DNA of 45,831 nucleotides from a virus, in the IMG/VR virus record IMGVR_UViG_3300045988_042777; one strand, 5' to 3'. Below are positions 7,057 to 16,451 of this stretch, in pieces. The notes beneath the pieces were generated by a model that saw only the letters and a list, made by a program, of their open reading frames with translations, was not told the origin of the DNA and searched no databases. Both the position numbers and the translations under genes were made by a program. Each line of letters opens with the position of its first letter. The stretch's first letter is position 1.

Positions 7057-9045
7057 ATGCACCATCTCAGCATTGACCTTGAAACCTACTCCAGCGTGCC
7101 GCTGGCAAAGGCCGGTGCCCAGAAGTACATCCAGAGCCCGGACTTTGAAATCCTGCTCTTTGCGTTCAGCCTGGATGGTGCGCCTGTTGAAATCATCGAC
7201 CTGGCCCGGGGGGAGAGGCTCCCCCCGTGGCTGGTCCAGGCCATCACCAGCCCGGAGTACATCAAGCACGCCTACAACGCCCCCTTTGAGTGGGGCTGCC
7301 TCTCAAAGTATCTGGGCACCCTGCCACCCAGCCAATGGCGCTGCACCATGTTCCATGGCCTCTACTGCGGCTACACGGCGGGCCTGGATGCCACTGGCAA
7401 GGCCCTGGGGCTCCCCCAGGACAAGCAAAAGCTCAACACTGGCAAGGCCCTCATCCGCTATTTCTGCATACCGTGCAAGCCCACAAAGGCCAACGGACAG
7501 AGGACCCGCAACCTGCCCCAGCATGACCCCGCAAAATGGGAGCTTTTCAAAGAGTATTGCAAGCAGGATGTGGTCACGGAGATGGAGATTGAGCGGCGGC
7601 TCTCAGCGTTCATGCCCCCGGACTGGGTGCAGAAACAATGGGAAACCGACCTCATCATCAACGCCCGGGGCGTGGCCGTTGACCTGGAGCTGGTCACCGG
7701 GGCCCTGTATCTGGGTGATACCGTGCGCCAAAACCTCACAGCGGAGGCCGTGCGGCTCTCCGGTCTGTCTAACCCCAACAGCGTGGCCCAGCTCTCCGCA
7801 TGGCTCCAGGAGGAGATTGGTGAGGAGCTGGCCGATCTGAGAAAGGACACCGTGGCCCGCCTGCTGGGCCGTGACGATAACAGCGCCCAGGTGAGCCGCA
7901 TGTTGGAAATCCGGCAAGAGCTGGGCAAGACCTCCACCAAAAAGTATGACGCCATAGAGGCCGCCGTCTGCGATGATGGCCGGGTCCGGGGACTGCTCCA
8001 ATTCTACGGGGCCAACCGGACAGGGCGCTGGGCCGGGCGGCTGGTGCAGGTGCAAAACCTGCCCCGGACCTACACGGAGCCGCTGGACCTGGCCCGTGAG
8101 CTGGTCAAGACCCGCAAGCTGGACGCTCTGCGGCTCATCTATGGCAGCGTGCCTGACACCCTCAGCCAGCTCATCCGCACGGCCTTTGTGGCCCCGGAGG
8201 GCCATGTCCTCATTGATGCTGATTTTTCGGCCATTGAGGCCCGTGTCATTTCCTGGCTGGCCGGTGAGCAATGGCGGCTGGAGGTGTTCCGCACACACGG
8301 CAAAATCTATGAGGCCTCTGCCTCTCAGATGTTCGGCGTGCCCCTGGAGCTCATCAAAAAGGGCAACCCAGAGTATGCACTCCGGCAAAAGGGCAAGGTG
8401 GCTGAGCTGGCCCTGGGCTACCAGGGCAGCACCGGTGCCCTCATCACCATGGGAGCCCTGGACATGGGGCTCACTGAGGAGGAGCTGCCGGACATCGTGA
8501 GCCGCTGGAGAGAGGCCAACAAGCGCATCCGTGACCTCTGGTATTCCATGGACAGCGCCGCCGTCCAAGTCATCACAGAGGGCGGCAGCGTGGGCGTCAA
8601 CGGCCTGCTACTGGCCCGTGAGTACGACTATGACAACGGCACCGACTGCCTCACCATCCTGCTCCCATCCGGGCGCAAGCTCTACTACATCAACCCCAGC
8701 ATTGGCCAGAACGAATGGGGGCGGCCCTCCATCTCCTACATGGGCATGGACCAGAAAACCAAGCGGTGGAAACGCATTGAAACCTATGGCGGCAAGCTGG
8801 TGGAGAACTGTGTGCAGGCCATCGCCCGGGACTGTCTGGCCGCATCCATTGACAGGCTGGAGGCCGCCAAGCTCCCTGTGGTGTTCCATGTGCATGATGA
8901 GGTGGTCATTGATGTGGCCCCCTTTGCCGATGAGGACACCATGCTCTCCACCGTCTGCTCCATCATGGGGGAGCCGGTGCCCTGGGCACCTGATCTGCCC
9001 CTCAAAGCCGCTGGCTGGGTGGGCTATTACTTCACCAAAGACTGA
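7057..9045 (+). CDS. Family-A DNA polymerase with N-terminal 3'-5' exonuclease
   Basis: Exo motif SIDLETYS. Pol motifs DADFSAIEARV (A), RQKGKVAELALGYQGS (B) and VHDEVVID (C). Confidence 0.9.
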   Translation: MHHLSIDLETYSSVPLAKAGAQKYIQSPDFEILLFAFSLDGAPVEIIDLARGERLPPWLVQAITSPEYIKHAYNAPFEWGCLSKYLGTLPPSQWRCTMFHGLYCGYTAGLDATGKALGLPQDKQKLNTGKALIRYFCIPCKPTKANGQRTRNLPQHDPAKWELFKEYCKQDVVTEMEIERRLSAFMPPDWVQKQWETDLIINARGVAVDLELVTGALYLGDTVRQNLTAEAVRLSGLSNPNSVAQLSAWLQEEIGEELADLRKDTVARLLGRDDNSAQVSRMLEIRQELGKTSTKKYDAIEAAVCDDGRVRGLLQFYGANRTGRWAGRLVQVQNLPRTYTEPLDLARELVKTRKLDALRLIYGSVPDTLSQLIRTAFVAPEGHVLIDADFSAIEARVISWLAGEQWRLEVFRTHGKIYEASASQMFGVPLELIKKGNPEYALRQKGKVAELALGYQGSTGALITMGALDMGLTEEELPDIVSRWREANKRIRDLWYSMDSAAVQVITEGGSVGVNGLLLAREYDYDNGTDCLTILLPSGRKLYYINPSIGQNEWGRPSISYMGMDQKTKRWKRIETYGGKLVENCVQAIARDCLAASIDRLEAAKLPVVFHVHDEVVIDVAPFADEDTMLSTVCSIMGEPVPWAPDLPLKAAGWVGYYFTKD

Positions 9046-9063
9046 TAAAGGAGGCCAAGGACC

Positions 9064-9261
9064 ATGCACATGATAAACGACAAAGGAGAGGCCGTCTATT
9101 TCAACTATGTCCGTAAGAACAACAAAGACTACTGGGTGGTCAAGGGCATCGGCTCCACCGTTGTCTATGGGCGGGACCGTGAGCGCCGCAAAAGCCGCCA
9201 TTTCACCCAGGAACAGCAGGCGGAGCGCTACCTTGCCCGGCATGGTTTCCGGGCCGATTAG
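9064..9261 (+). CDS. Hypothetical protein
   Basis: AAGGAGG RBS; 65-aa ORF. Confidence 0.5.
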   Translation: MHMINDKGEAVYFNYVRKNNKDYWVVKGIGSTVVYGRDRERRKSRHFTQEQQAERYLARHGFRAD

Positions 9262-9303
9262 CGCCGTTTTTTCCGCTGGAAAAAACAACAAAGGAGGTTA
9301 CCA

Positions 9304-10565
9304 ATGAAAACCGCGTATGACCGGATGATGGAGAATGACTCCTACCAAAAGACCAAGGACTTCATCATCAAGCAAAAGTGGCCCTACCTCAAAAAAAGGC
9401 CTATGCCGAAAAAATCGCCTGGGAGTTTTACCAGCACCCCGATGTTGCCGGACGGTGCTATGTGACCGTTGGCGGGCTTGACAGCATTACCCTGTTTCTG
9501 TTTCTCCGATCTATCGGCATCAATGTGCCAGCCGTGTCCGTTTCCTCTCTGGAGGACAAGAGCATCCAGCTTGTCCACAAGGCCCTGGGCATCCGCTCCC
9601 TGCCTCCCATCAAGGATGAAAACGGGAGGCCATACACAAAAATGCGAGTTATACAGCAATATGGCTATCCTGTCATATCCAAAGAGGCGGCACAGAAAAT
9701 CAGCCATCTCCAAAACCCTACCAGCAAAAATGCAACCGTGCGCCACGCCATAATGACTGGAGAAACCGGAGAATACGGGGGATTTAAGAAAAACAGCCGG
9801 ATGAAAATGTCCCAAAAATGGCTGGAGAAGTTTGGCGGGCCGGAAAATGAAAACGAGGGGACCAACTACCAGACCGCTCCCTTTAAGGTTTCAGACGCCT
9901 GCTGCTACTACCTCAAAGAGCGCCCCTGTGATCTGTATGCCAAAGATACAAAGTGTTTCCCCTATCTGGGGCTCATGGCCTCCGAGGGTGGCCGCCGTCA
10001 AAAATCTCTCATGTGGAACGGGTGCAACTATGTCGGCAAAAAGACAAAGCGGAGCTGTCCCTTTGCCATTTTCAGCCGCCAGGACCTCCTCACAATGGCC
10101 CTGGAAATGGACGCCTACTACCACGCCCACTGGGAAGAATTTAAGCCAATCACCGTTGACGCTGACACCGATGCCGTGACCTACGGGAAGCCCATACACC
10201 TGGACACCATCGTCCCCGCCATCTACGGAGAGATTGCAGAGTGTGGCCACCGCTCTGAGGCCGAAATCCAGGAGCTTGTGGAGGCCAACGGCGGCATCAT
10301 GGATGAGAGCTTTTCCAGACCGCTCCTGTGTACCACTTTGGCCCAGAGGACCGGCTGCTCTATGTGCGGCTTTGGGGTACACATGGAAAAGCGCCCGCAC
10401 CGCTTTGACCTGCTCTGGGAACGAAACCCCAAAGAATGGGACTTGTGGATGCACCACATTGAGCAGGACGCCTCTGGCAACTGGTGCGGCTGGGACCGTG
10501 TTCTGGACTACATCGGCGTGGAGTGGAGAAACCCGGAGCAATTCTTTGGAGGTGAGAAAAAGTGA
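9304..10565 (+). CDS. PP-loop ATP pyrophosphatase of the PAPS-reductase/DndC-like family; N-terminus ambiguous (frame change at an A7 run)
   Basis: PP-loop VTVGGLDS and C-terminal Cys motif RTGCSMCGFG. The body is 9378-10565 from a GTG with no RBS. A strong AAGGAGG RBS with ATG lies at 9304 in another frame, and the two frames meet at A7 (9391-9397). Confidence 0.7.
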
Positions 10566-11692
10566 TCTATGCAGATGCAGCAGCCACCACAAGGCTGGCT
10601 CCAGGTGTTCTTAAAGCCATGCAGCCCTACATGGAGGATAACTTTTTCAATCCTGGTGGGGTCTACCCAGGAGCCGTCTATGTGCGCCGTGCAGTAAATG
10701 GTGCTCATTCCATTGTAGGTGAGGCGCTGGGGTGCCAAGGGAGAGAAATTTTCTTCACCTCTGGAGGAACGGAGGCAGACAACTGGGCGCTCAAGCAGTT
10801 TATTGCCGAAAAGCCCGCTCACATCATCACCAGCCAGATTGAACACAAAGCCATCCTCAACACCTGCAAAGCGCTCCAGCAAATGGGCTGGGATGTGACA
10901 TATCTGCCGGTGGATAAATACGGGATTGTGCAGCCGGATGACCTGCAATCTGCCATGCGAAACAACACCAGACTGGTGAGCATCATGCTGGCAAACAACG
11001 AAGTGGGGACCATTGAGCCAATTAAAACGCTGGCAGCTGTGGCCCACGCTGGAGGCGCTCTGTTTCACACTGACGCTGTGCAGGCGGTGGGACACATCCC
11101 CGTAAATGTGAATGAGCTGGGCGTGGACTTTCTTTCCCTCTCTGCCCACAAGTTTGGGGGCCCCAAAGGCATGGGGGCCCTCTACGCCAAAGACGGTGCA
11201 ATCTCCTCCTTTGTGGACGGAGGTGGCCAAGAAATGGGCCGCCGATCTGGCACAGAAAATGTGCCTGGTATCATTGGCACCGCTGTTGCCTTGATGCTGG
11301 CAGACGGCCTCATGCTGCACAATGCCCAGAAAGTCCGTCACCTCCGGGACCGCATCATTGATGAATTATCCAGCATGGACGGCGTTTTGGTAACTGGCCC
11401 GGACCCCGGACCTATGCGGCTGCCTGGGCTTGCCTCATTCATCATTGACGGAGTAGACAGTGAAACGCTTGTCATGGATTTATCTGCCAAGGGTGTCTGT
11501 GTTTCCGCTGGCTCAGCGTGTAGCTCTGGGACAGGCAAGCCATCCTATGTGCTCCGTGCCATGGGCTACTCCGAGCGGGAGGCCTGGTCCAGTCTGCGTG
11601 TTTCCCTGGATGACCACATAACCCACGATGAGGTTTCTGAGCTCATCCAGGCTATCAAATCCAGCATAAAGGTTATAAGAAACCAGCATTAA
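10562..11692 (+). CDS. Cysteine desulfurase (class V aminotransferase; NifS/IscS/DndA-like)
   Basis: PLP-lysine motif SAHKFGGPKG, RSGTENVPGI, and catalytic Cys loop SAGSACSSG. The GTG start overlaps the upstream stop (GTGA). Confidence 0.9.
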   Translation: MIYADAAATTRLAPGVLKAMQPYMEDNFFNPGGVYPGAVYVRRAVNGAHSIVGEALGCQGREIFFTSGGTEADNWALKQFIAEKPAHIITSQIEHKAILNTCKALQQMGWDVTYLPVDKYGIVQPDDLQSAMRNNTRLVSIMLANNEVGTIEPIKTLAAVAHAGGALFHTDAVQAVGHIPVNVNELGVDFLSLSAHKFGGPKGMGALYAKDGAISSFVDGGGQEMGRRSGTENVPGIIGTAVALMLADGLMLHNAQKVRHLRDRIIDELSSMDGVLVTGPDPGPMRLPGLASFIIDGVDSETLVMDLSAKGVCVSAGSACSSGTGKPSYVLRAMGYSEREAWSSLRVSLDDHITHDEVSELIQAIKSSIKVIRNQH

Positions 11693-11704
11693 GGAGGCAT
11701 CAAC

Positions 11705-12343
11705 ATGAAAATCATCTCTCCCAGTTTTGAAATTCTCACGCCCCTGGACGGCAAAACCATCCTCAAGCACATTGAGCTGTGTGGCCGGGTGTGCTATAAG
11801 TCCGAGGACAAAATCACCGACACCAGCGCCGCTGCCTTTGTGGCTGGCATTATCAAGCGGGGCCATGAGGCCGTGCTGGAGCACTTCAACATCACCATCA
11901 AGTTTATCTGTGACCGGGGTGTTTCCCATGAACTGGTCCGGCACCGTCTGGCATCCTACTGCCAGGAAAGCACCCGCTACTGCAATTACTCCAAAGAGGG
12001 CTTTGGCGGTGAAATCGCCGTCATCCGCCCGGCGTTTCTGGTGGAGGGCACCAAGGCCTTTGCCTGCTGGAGAGGGGCCTGTGAAACGGCTGAGCGGTCC
12101 TATTTCTCCCTGCTGGAGTGGGGCTGTTCTCCTCAAGAGGCCCGCTCTGTGTTGCCCAACAGCCTCAAGACGGAGGTGGTGATGACTGCCAACCTGCGGG
12201 AATGGCGGCATTTCTTCAAGCTCCGCACGGCTCCGGCAGCTCACCCCCAGATGAGAGAGGTGGCCATCCCGCTGCTCCACCGGATGCAGGAGCTCATCCC
12301 CGTTGTGTTTGATGATCTGGAGGTGCCGCATGAAAAGAGCTGA
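11705..12343 (+). CDS. thyX: FAD-dependent thymidylate synthase ThyX
   Basis: ThyX signature RHRLASYCQESTRY (RHRxxSxxxxSxR); AAGGAGG RBS. Confidence 0.9.
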   Translation: MKIISPSFEILTPLDGKTILKHIELCGRVCYKSEDKITDTSAAAFVAGIIKRGHEAVLEHFNITIKFICDRGVSHELVRHRLASYCQESTRYCNYSKEGFGGEIAVIRPAFLVEGTKAFACWRGACETAERSYFSLLEWGCSPQEARSVLPNSLKTEVVMTANLREWRHFFKLRTAPAAHPQMREVAIPLLHRMQELIPVVFDDLEVPHEKS

Positions 12344-12632
12344 AATCCTGGAGGCTGCCCGGGTCTGTGTCTGCGGAGAGCGTGAGCAGGACTATGGCAC
12401 CCCGGAAAATAACTTTGAAACCATTGGCCTGCTGTGGGGTGTCTACCTGCGGGCAGCTCACCCGGAGCTGGCCAGGGTCATGGCCGTCAACCACATCACC
12501 GCCAAGGATGTGGCCGCCATGATGGGGCTGCTCAAGGTGGCCCGGATTGCCACCGGAAACAAAGCGGACAGCTTTGTGGACCTGGCCGGTTATGCGGCAT
12601 GTGCTGGCGAGATTGCCACCGCTGAGGACTGA
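12330..12632 (+). CDS. DUF6378-like phage protein
   Basis: Start MKRAEILEAA; contains DYGTPENNFETIGLLW and AMMGLLKVARI...DSFVDLAGYAACAGE. Confidence 0.55.
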   Translation: MKRAEILEAARVCVCGEREQDYGTPENNFETIGLLWGVYLRAAHPELARVMAVNHITAKDVAAMMGLLKVARIATGNKADSFVDLAGYAACAGEIATAED

Positions 12633-12650
12633 GAAAGGAGGCCTTGACCT

Positions 12651-12851
12651 ATGGGCAAGCGTAAAAAGCACCGCCATCCGGTGCCCAAAACCTGTGACCC
12701 CAACCTTTGTGACCGTTGCATGTATCTGGGTGAGGGTGACTTTGTGTGTGACCTCCACGGCCTGGGGCCGGAGGAAACGGTCTTTGTGATGGAGGACTGG
12801 GAGCCCACGGAGCACTTTCTCCAATGCGTGAAAGAGGCCCGCCATGAATAG
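12651..12851 (+). CDS. Small Cys-rich hypothetical protein
   Basis: AAAGGAGG RBS; CDPNLCDRC...C pattern. Confidence 0.5.
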   Translation: MGKRKKHRHPVPKTCDPNLCDRCMYLGEGDFVCDLHGLGPEETVFVMEDWEPTEHFLQCVKEARHE

Positions 12852-13233
12852 GCAGGAACGCCGCAAGCTGAAAAAGCAGGGCATCCAGGTGCCCAAGGAC
12901 CCCAGCATCAACATCAAGCTCTCCGATCTGGGCCGGGACATTATGACCCCGACCATGGAGAGCGCCATGATGCACGAAATCAATCAACAATGCCTGGAGG
13001 CAGACAAGCGCTTTTCCCTTGACCTGGACACCATGGTCATCTGGACCCTGTACCAGTGCTATGGATGGAGGGAAAAGCGCCTCCATGACTTTTATCTGGC
13101 GATGGCCAAAGAACACCGCCGGATGCGTGAATTTTATGAAATGGATGACCTTTACCCCGAGCGCTACAAGCTCAAGGAAAAGGGCATTGATATTGAAAAA
13201 TGGCAAGAGGAGGTGCTGAACAATGACCCCTAA
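12844..13233 (+). CDS. Hypothetical protein
   Basis: Overlapping start and stop with its neighbours; 129-aa ORF. Confidence 0.5.
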   Translation: MNRQERRKLKKQGIQVPKDPSINIKLSDLGRDIMTPTMESAMMHEINQQCLEADKRFSLDLDTMVIWTLYQCYGWREKRLHDFYLAMAKEHRRMREFYEMDDLYPERYKLKEKGIDIEKWQEEVLNNDP

Positions 13234-13432
13234 ACCCTGGGAAAACGGTGAGGGCTACCCTGACCCCACCGCCTACAACGCCCTGCGGCCCATCATGCAG
13301 GAGGACGCCGCCCTGGAGGGAAAGGTCAATTTTCTCATCAAGGTGCTCAAATTCATCATAGCGGAAAGCGGCTTTGAGCTGCTGGCCCGTATTGAAATCA
13401 AGGACAAAAAGACCGGGAGGTGTTTCAGATGA
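13223..13432 (+). CDS. Hypothetical protein
   Basis: 69-aa ORF packed into the operon. Confidence 0.45.
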   Translation: MTPKPWENGEGYPDPTAYNALRPIMQEDAALEGKVNFLIKVLKFIIAESGFELLARIEIKDKKTGRCFR

Positions 13433-13758
13433 AAGCTGCTGACACCGAAAGCACCAGAGGGGTGCTCCAGGTCATTGAGGCCATCGGCCTGCCCGCTGTG
13501 CTGGAGCAATGCGCTGAGGAGCTGGCCGAACTGACCCAGGCCTCTCTCAAAATGGCCAGAAAGCTCCGGGGTGAAAACCCCACGCCCGTGACCCATGCAC
13601 AAGCGGCAGCGCATCTGCATGAGGAGCTGGGAGATGTCCGCCTGTGCCTCAAGGTCCTGGATGTCGCTATGGGCGGATATAACACCACCGCCGTGGAGGC
13701 GGAAAAGCTCCGGCGCTGGCTGGAACGAATAACCCAAGAACAGAAAAACCCAGAGTAA
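13429..13758 (+). CDS. MazG-like nucleotide pyrophosphohydrolase (putative)
   Basis: Helical protein with EELAEL ... EELGDV acidic pairs typical of MazG-like folds. GGGAGG RBS precedes ATG 13429. Confidence 0.5.
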   Translation: MKAADTESTRGVLQVIEAIGLPAVLEQCAEELAELTQASLKMARKLRGENPTPVTHAQAAAHLHEELGDVRLCLKVLDVAMGGYNTTAVEAEKLRRWLERITQEQKNPE

Positions 13759-13771
13759 GAGGTGCCCGCCC

Positions 13772-16174
13772 ATGCAATATGACCGCAAAATAACAATATC
13801 GGCCGGAAGTAACCGGCGGGCCATGACCTGGCAACAGCAAACCATGCTCATCTCTGAGCTTTGGGCCAGGCTCCAGACCCCGGCCAGAGGCACGGAAACC
13901 CTGGCTGAATATCTGAATATGAAAAAGGCCCAGCAGGATGACCTCAAGGATGTGGGCGGCTTTATGGCCGGCACACTGTCCGGGCCCCGGCGCAAGGCCA
14001 ACAATGTGACCGGGCGTGATGTCATCACCCTGGACCTGGACAACATCCCCTCCGGTGGTACGGAGGATGTCCTGCGCCGGGTGGACGCTCTGGGGTGCGG
14101 CTATTGCATTTACAGCACCAGAAAGCACAGCCCGGCAGCGCCCCGCTTGCGTGTTCTGCTGCCCGCTGACCGGACCATGACGGCGGATGAATATGAGCCC
14201 GCTGCCCGGAAGATGGCGGAATACATAGGCCTGGAGCTTATGGACCCCACCACCTTTGAGGTGTCCCGGCTCATGTATTGGCCATCCTGCTGCTCTGACA
14301 GCCAGTATGTCTACCGCTGGCAGGACAAGCCCCTGCTCTCCGTCAACGGCCTGCTGGCCCAATATGCCGACTGGCAGGACTGCACCGCCTGGCCCCAAGT
14401 GCCGGGCGCTCTGAGCCTCCCCAAGCTGGCCGTCAAGCAAGGTGACCCGGAGGCCAAGACCGGCGTGGTGGGCGCTTTCTGCCGCACCTATGACATCTAC
14501 CGGGCCATGGATGAGCTCATCCCGGGCATGTATGAGGCCGTGGACACTATGCCTGGCCGGTACACCTACCTGGGCGGCTCCACCACCGGCGGCGCTGTGA
14601 TCTACGACAACGGCAAATTTCTTTATAGCCACCACGCCACCGACCCGTGCAGCGCGCGGCTGGTCAATGCCTTTGATATGGTACGCCTCCACCGCTTTGG
14701 GGACAAGGACGATGAGGCCCAGCCCGGGACCCCCACAAACCGCCTGCCGTCCTACAAGGCCATGTGTGAGCTGGCGGTCCAGGATGCCGATGTGGCCGCC
14801 CTGATGAGCCAGGAGCGCTACCAGGAGGCCGTCCGGGGCTTTGAGGGCGTGGAGCCCACCAATGAGGAGGACCCCGCCAACTGGATGGCCAAGCTGGCCG
14901 TGAACACCCAGACGGGGCTCCCCAAGGCCACCATTGACAATGTGTGGATTATCCTGGAGCATGACCCCCTCCTCAAAGGCAAGTTTGCACTCAACCAATT
15001 TGCTGGCCGTGGTGAGGTCCTGGGGCCCCTGCCGTGGGACAACCGCACGGAGCGCCGCTTTTGGGATGACAACGACAACCAGGGCCTCTACTGGTACATG
15101 GAGAGATACCACCACATCACCGGCAATGGGAAGATTGACGGGGCCCTCTCCCTGCACTCCACCGCTCATGCTTTTAACGACATCCAGGACTACCTCCGGG
15201 GCCTGACCTGGGACGGAGTGCCACGCCTGGACACCCTTTTCATTGACTACCTGGGGGCCGTGGACAGCCCCTACACCCGAGCCGTCACCCGCAAGTCATT
15301 CACCGCCGCCGTGGCCCGTGCCATGGTCCCCGGCACCAAGTATGACACCATGCTCATCCTGTCCGGGGCGCAAGGCCTGGGCAAAAGCACTCTGCTGGAT
15401 AAGATGAGCCGGGGCTGGTTCAATGACAGCATCCGCACCTTTGAGGGCAAGGAGGCCTCTGAGCTGCTCCAGGGTGTCTGGCTGGTGGAGATTGCGGAGC
15501 TGGACGCTTTCCGGCGCACAGACATTGCCCGCATCAAGCAGTTTCTCTCACTACGGGCTGACCGTTTCCGGGCCGCTTATGGCCGCCATGTCAAGGAGCT
15601 GCCCCGCTGCTGCGTCTTTTTCGGCACCACGAATGTGAGCGCCTACCTCCAGGACAGGACCGGCAACCGCCGTTTCTGGCCCGTGGATGTGGGCCTGGGC
15701 CCCGTCACAAAGAATGTGTGGGCTGATCTGCCGGGAGAGATTGACCAGCTGTGGGCGGAGGCCGTGGTCCGCTGGAGGACCGGAGAGGCCCTTTTCCTCA
15801 AAGGCGATCTGGAGGAGGCCGCCAAGGCCAAGCAGGAGGAGCACCGTGAGGTAAGCACCCGGGAGGGCCTCATCACGGACTTTCTGGAGCGCCAGGTGCC
15901 GGAGGACTGGCCCAGCTGGCCGCTGGACCGCCGCCGCATGTTCTGGGCGGGGGCCGTGCAGGGTGATGTCAAGCTGGTGGACCGTGACCGGGTGTGTGCC
16001 CTGGAGGTCTGGTGTGAGGCCCTGGACGGCAAGCAGCGGGACATGAGATACAGCGACACGGCGGAAATCAACAGCATCATTGAGGCCTCTGCTGACTGGG
16101 AGAAAAGCGCCAACTCCATGCGCTTTGGCTATTGCGGAAAGCAGCGTGGTTTTCTCCGCCGGAGGGACATTTGA
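13772..16174 (+). CDS. Primase-polymerase / VirE-D5-type replicative helicase fusion
   Basis: 800 aa. N-terminal prim-pol-like region (ITLDLDN, YSTRKHS) and C-terminal P-loop LSGAQGLGKST with VirE-like context. Confidence 0.8.
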   Translation: MQYDRKITISAGSNRRAMTWQQQTMLISELWARLQTPARGTETLAEYLNMKKAQQDDLKDVGGFMAGTLSGPRRKANNVTGRDVITLDLDNIPSGGTEDVLRRVDALGCGYCIYSTRKHSPAAPRLRVLLPADRTMTADEYEPAARKMAEYIGLELMDPTTFEVSRLMYWPSCCSDSQYVYRWQDKPLLSVNGLLAQYADWQDCTAWPQVPGALSLPKLAVKQGDPEAKTGVVGAFCRTYDIYRAMDELIPGMYEAVDTMPGRYTYLGGSTTGGAVIYDNGKFLYSHHATDPCSARLVNAFDMVRLHRFGDKDDEAQPGTPTNRLPSYKAMCELAVQDADVAALMSQERYQEAVRGFEGVEPTNEEDPANWMAKLAVNTQTGLPKATIDNVWIILEHDPLLKGKFALNQFAGRGEVLGPLPWDNRTERRFWDDNDNQGLYWYMERYHHITGNGKIDGALSLHSTAHAFNDIQDYLRGLTWDGVPRLDTLFIDYLGAVDSPYTRAVTRKSFTAAVARAMVPGTKYDTMLILSGAQGLGKSTLLDKMSRGWFNDSIRTFEGKEASELLQGVWLVEIAELDAFRRTDIARIKQFLSLRADRFRAAYGRHVKELPRCCVFFGTTNVSAYLQDRTGNRRFWPVDVGLGPVTKNVWADLPGEIDQLWAEAVVRWRTGEALFLKGDLEEAAKAKQEEHREVSTREGLITDFLERQVPEDWPSWPLDRRRMFWAGAVQGDVKLVDRDRVCALEVWCEALDGKQRDMRYSDTAEINSIIEASADWEKSANSMRFGYCGKQRGFLRRRDI

Positions 16175-16179
16175 CCCCC

Positions 16180-16424
16180 GGAACATTGAGCGGAACATTG
16201 GGTGGAACATTCAAAAAACGGCCTCCAATGTTCCGGGACATGTTCCGGGCAATGTTCCGGGCAATGTTCCGGGCAAAACCCTTGAAAACACTGGATTTTT
16301 TGGCAAGTGGAACATTGGAACATTCATTTTCTATTGATTGTGAAATAGAGGAAATAGAGAGAAAAAAAACTCTCTATCCCGCCTGTATGCGTATATGTAT
16401 AGAAATCAATGTTGACAATGTTCC
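16180..16424. repeat. Iteron cluster (GGAACATT / AATGTTCC, 10 copies) with an AT-rich segment; candidate replication origin
   Basis: GGAACATT at 16180, 16192, 16204, 16309 and 16317. AATGTTCC (one copy is cATGTTCC) at 16227, 16239, 16251, 16263 and 16417. Also tandem gaaatagag x2 (16342-16359) and palindrome atagagag-A8-ctctctat (16354-16377). Confidence 0.6.
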
Positions 16425-16451
16425 ACCCCCTCAGATTGGAGGTTGAAAAGC

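Noticed and set aside
5959-7269. Very long minus-strand ORFs in the track. Examples: 5959-7269, 13667-15169, 20862-22568, 22471-24207, 25302-26912, 28729-30717, 31667-33472, 35469-36917 and 40429-42240.
   Set aside because: Each lies antisense to a + strand gene with clear family motifs, RBSs and start/stop coupling. Their translations are low-complexity (G/A/P/R/H-rich), with no RBS and no motifs. Long antisense ORFs of this kind are expected in high-GC coding DNA.
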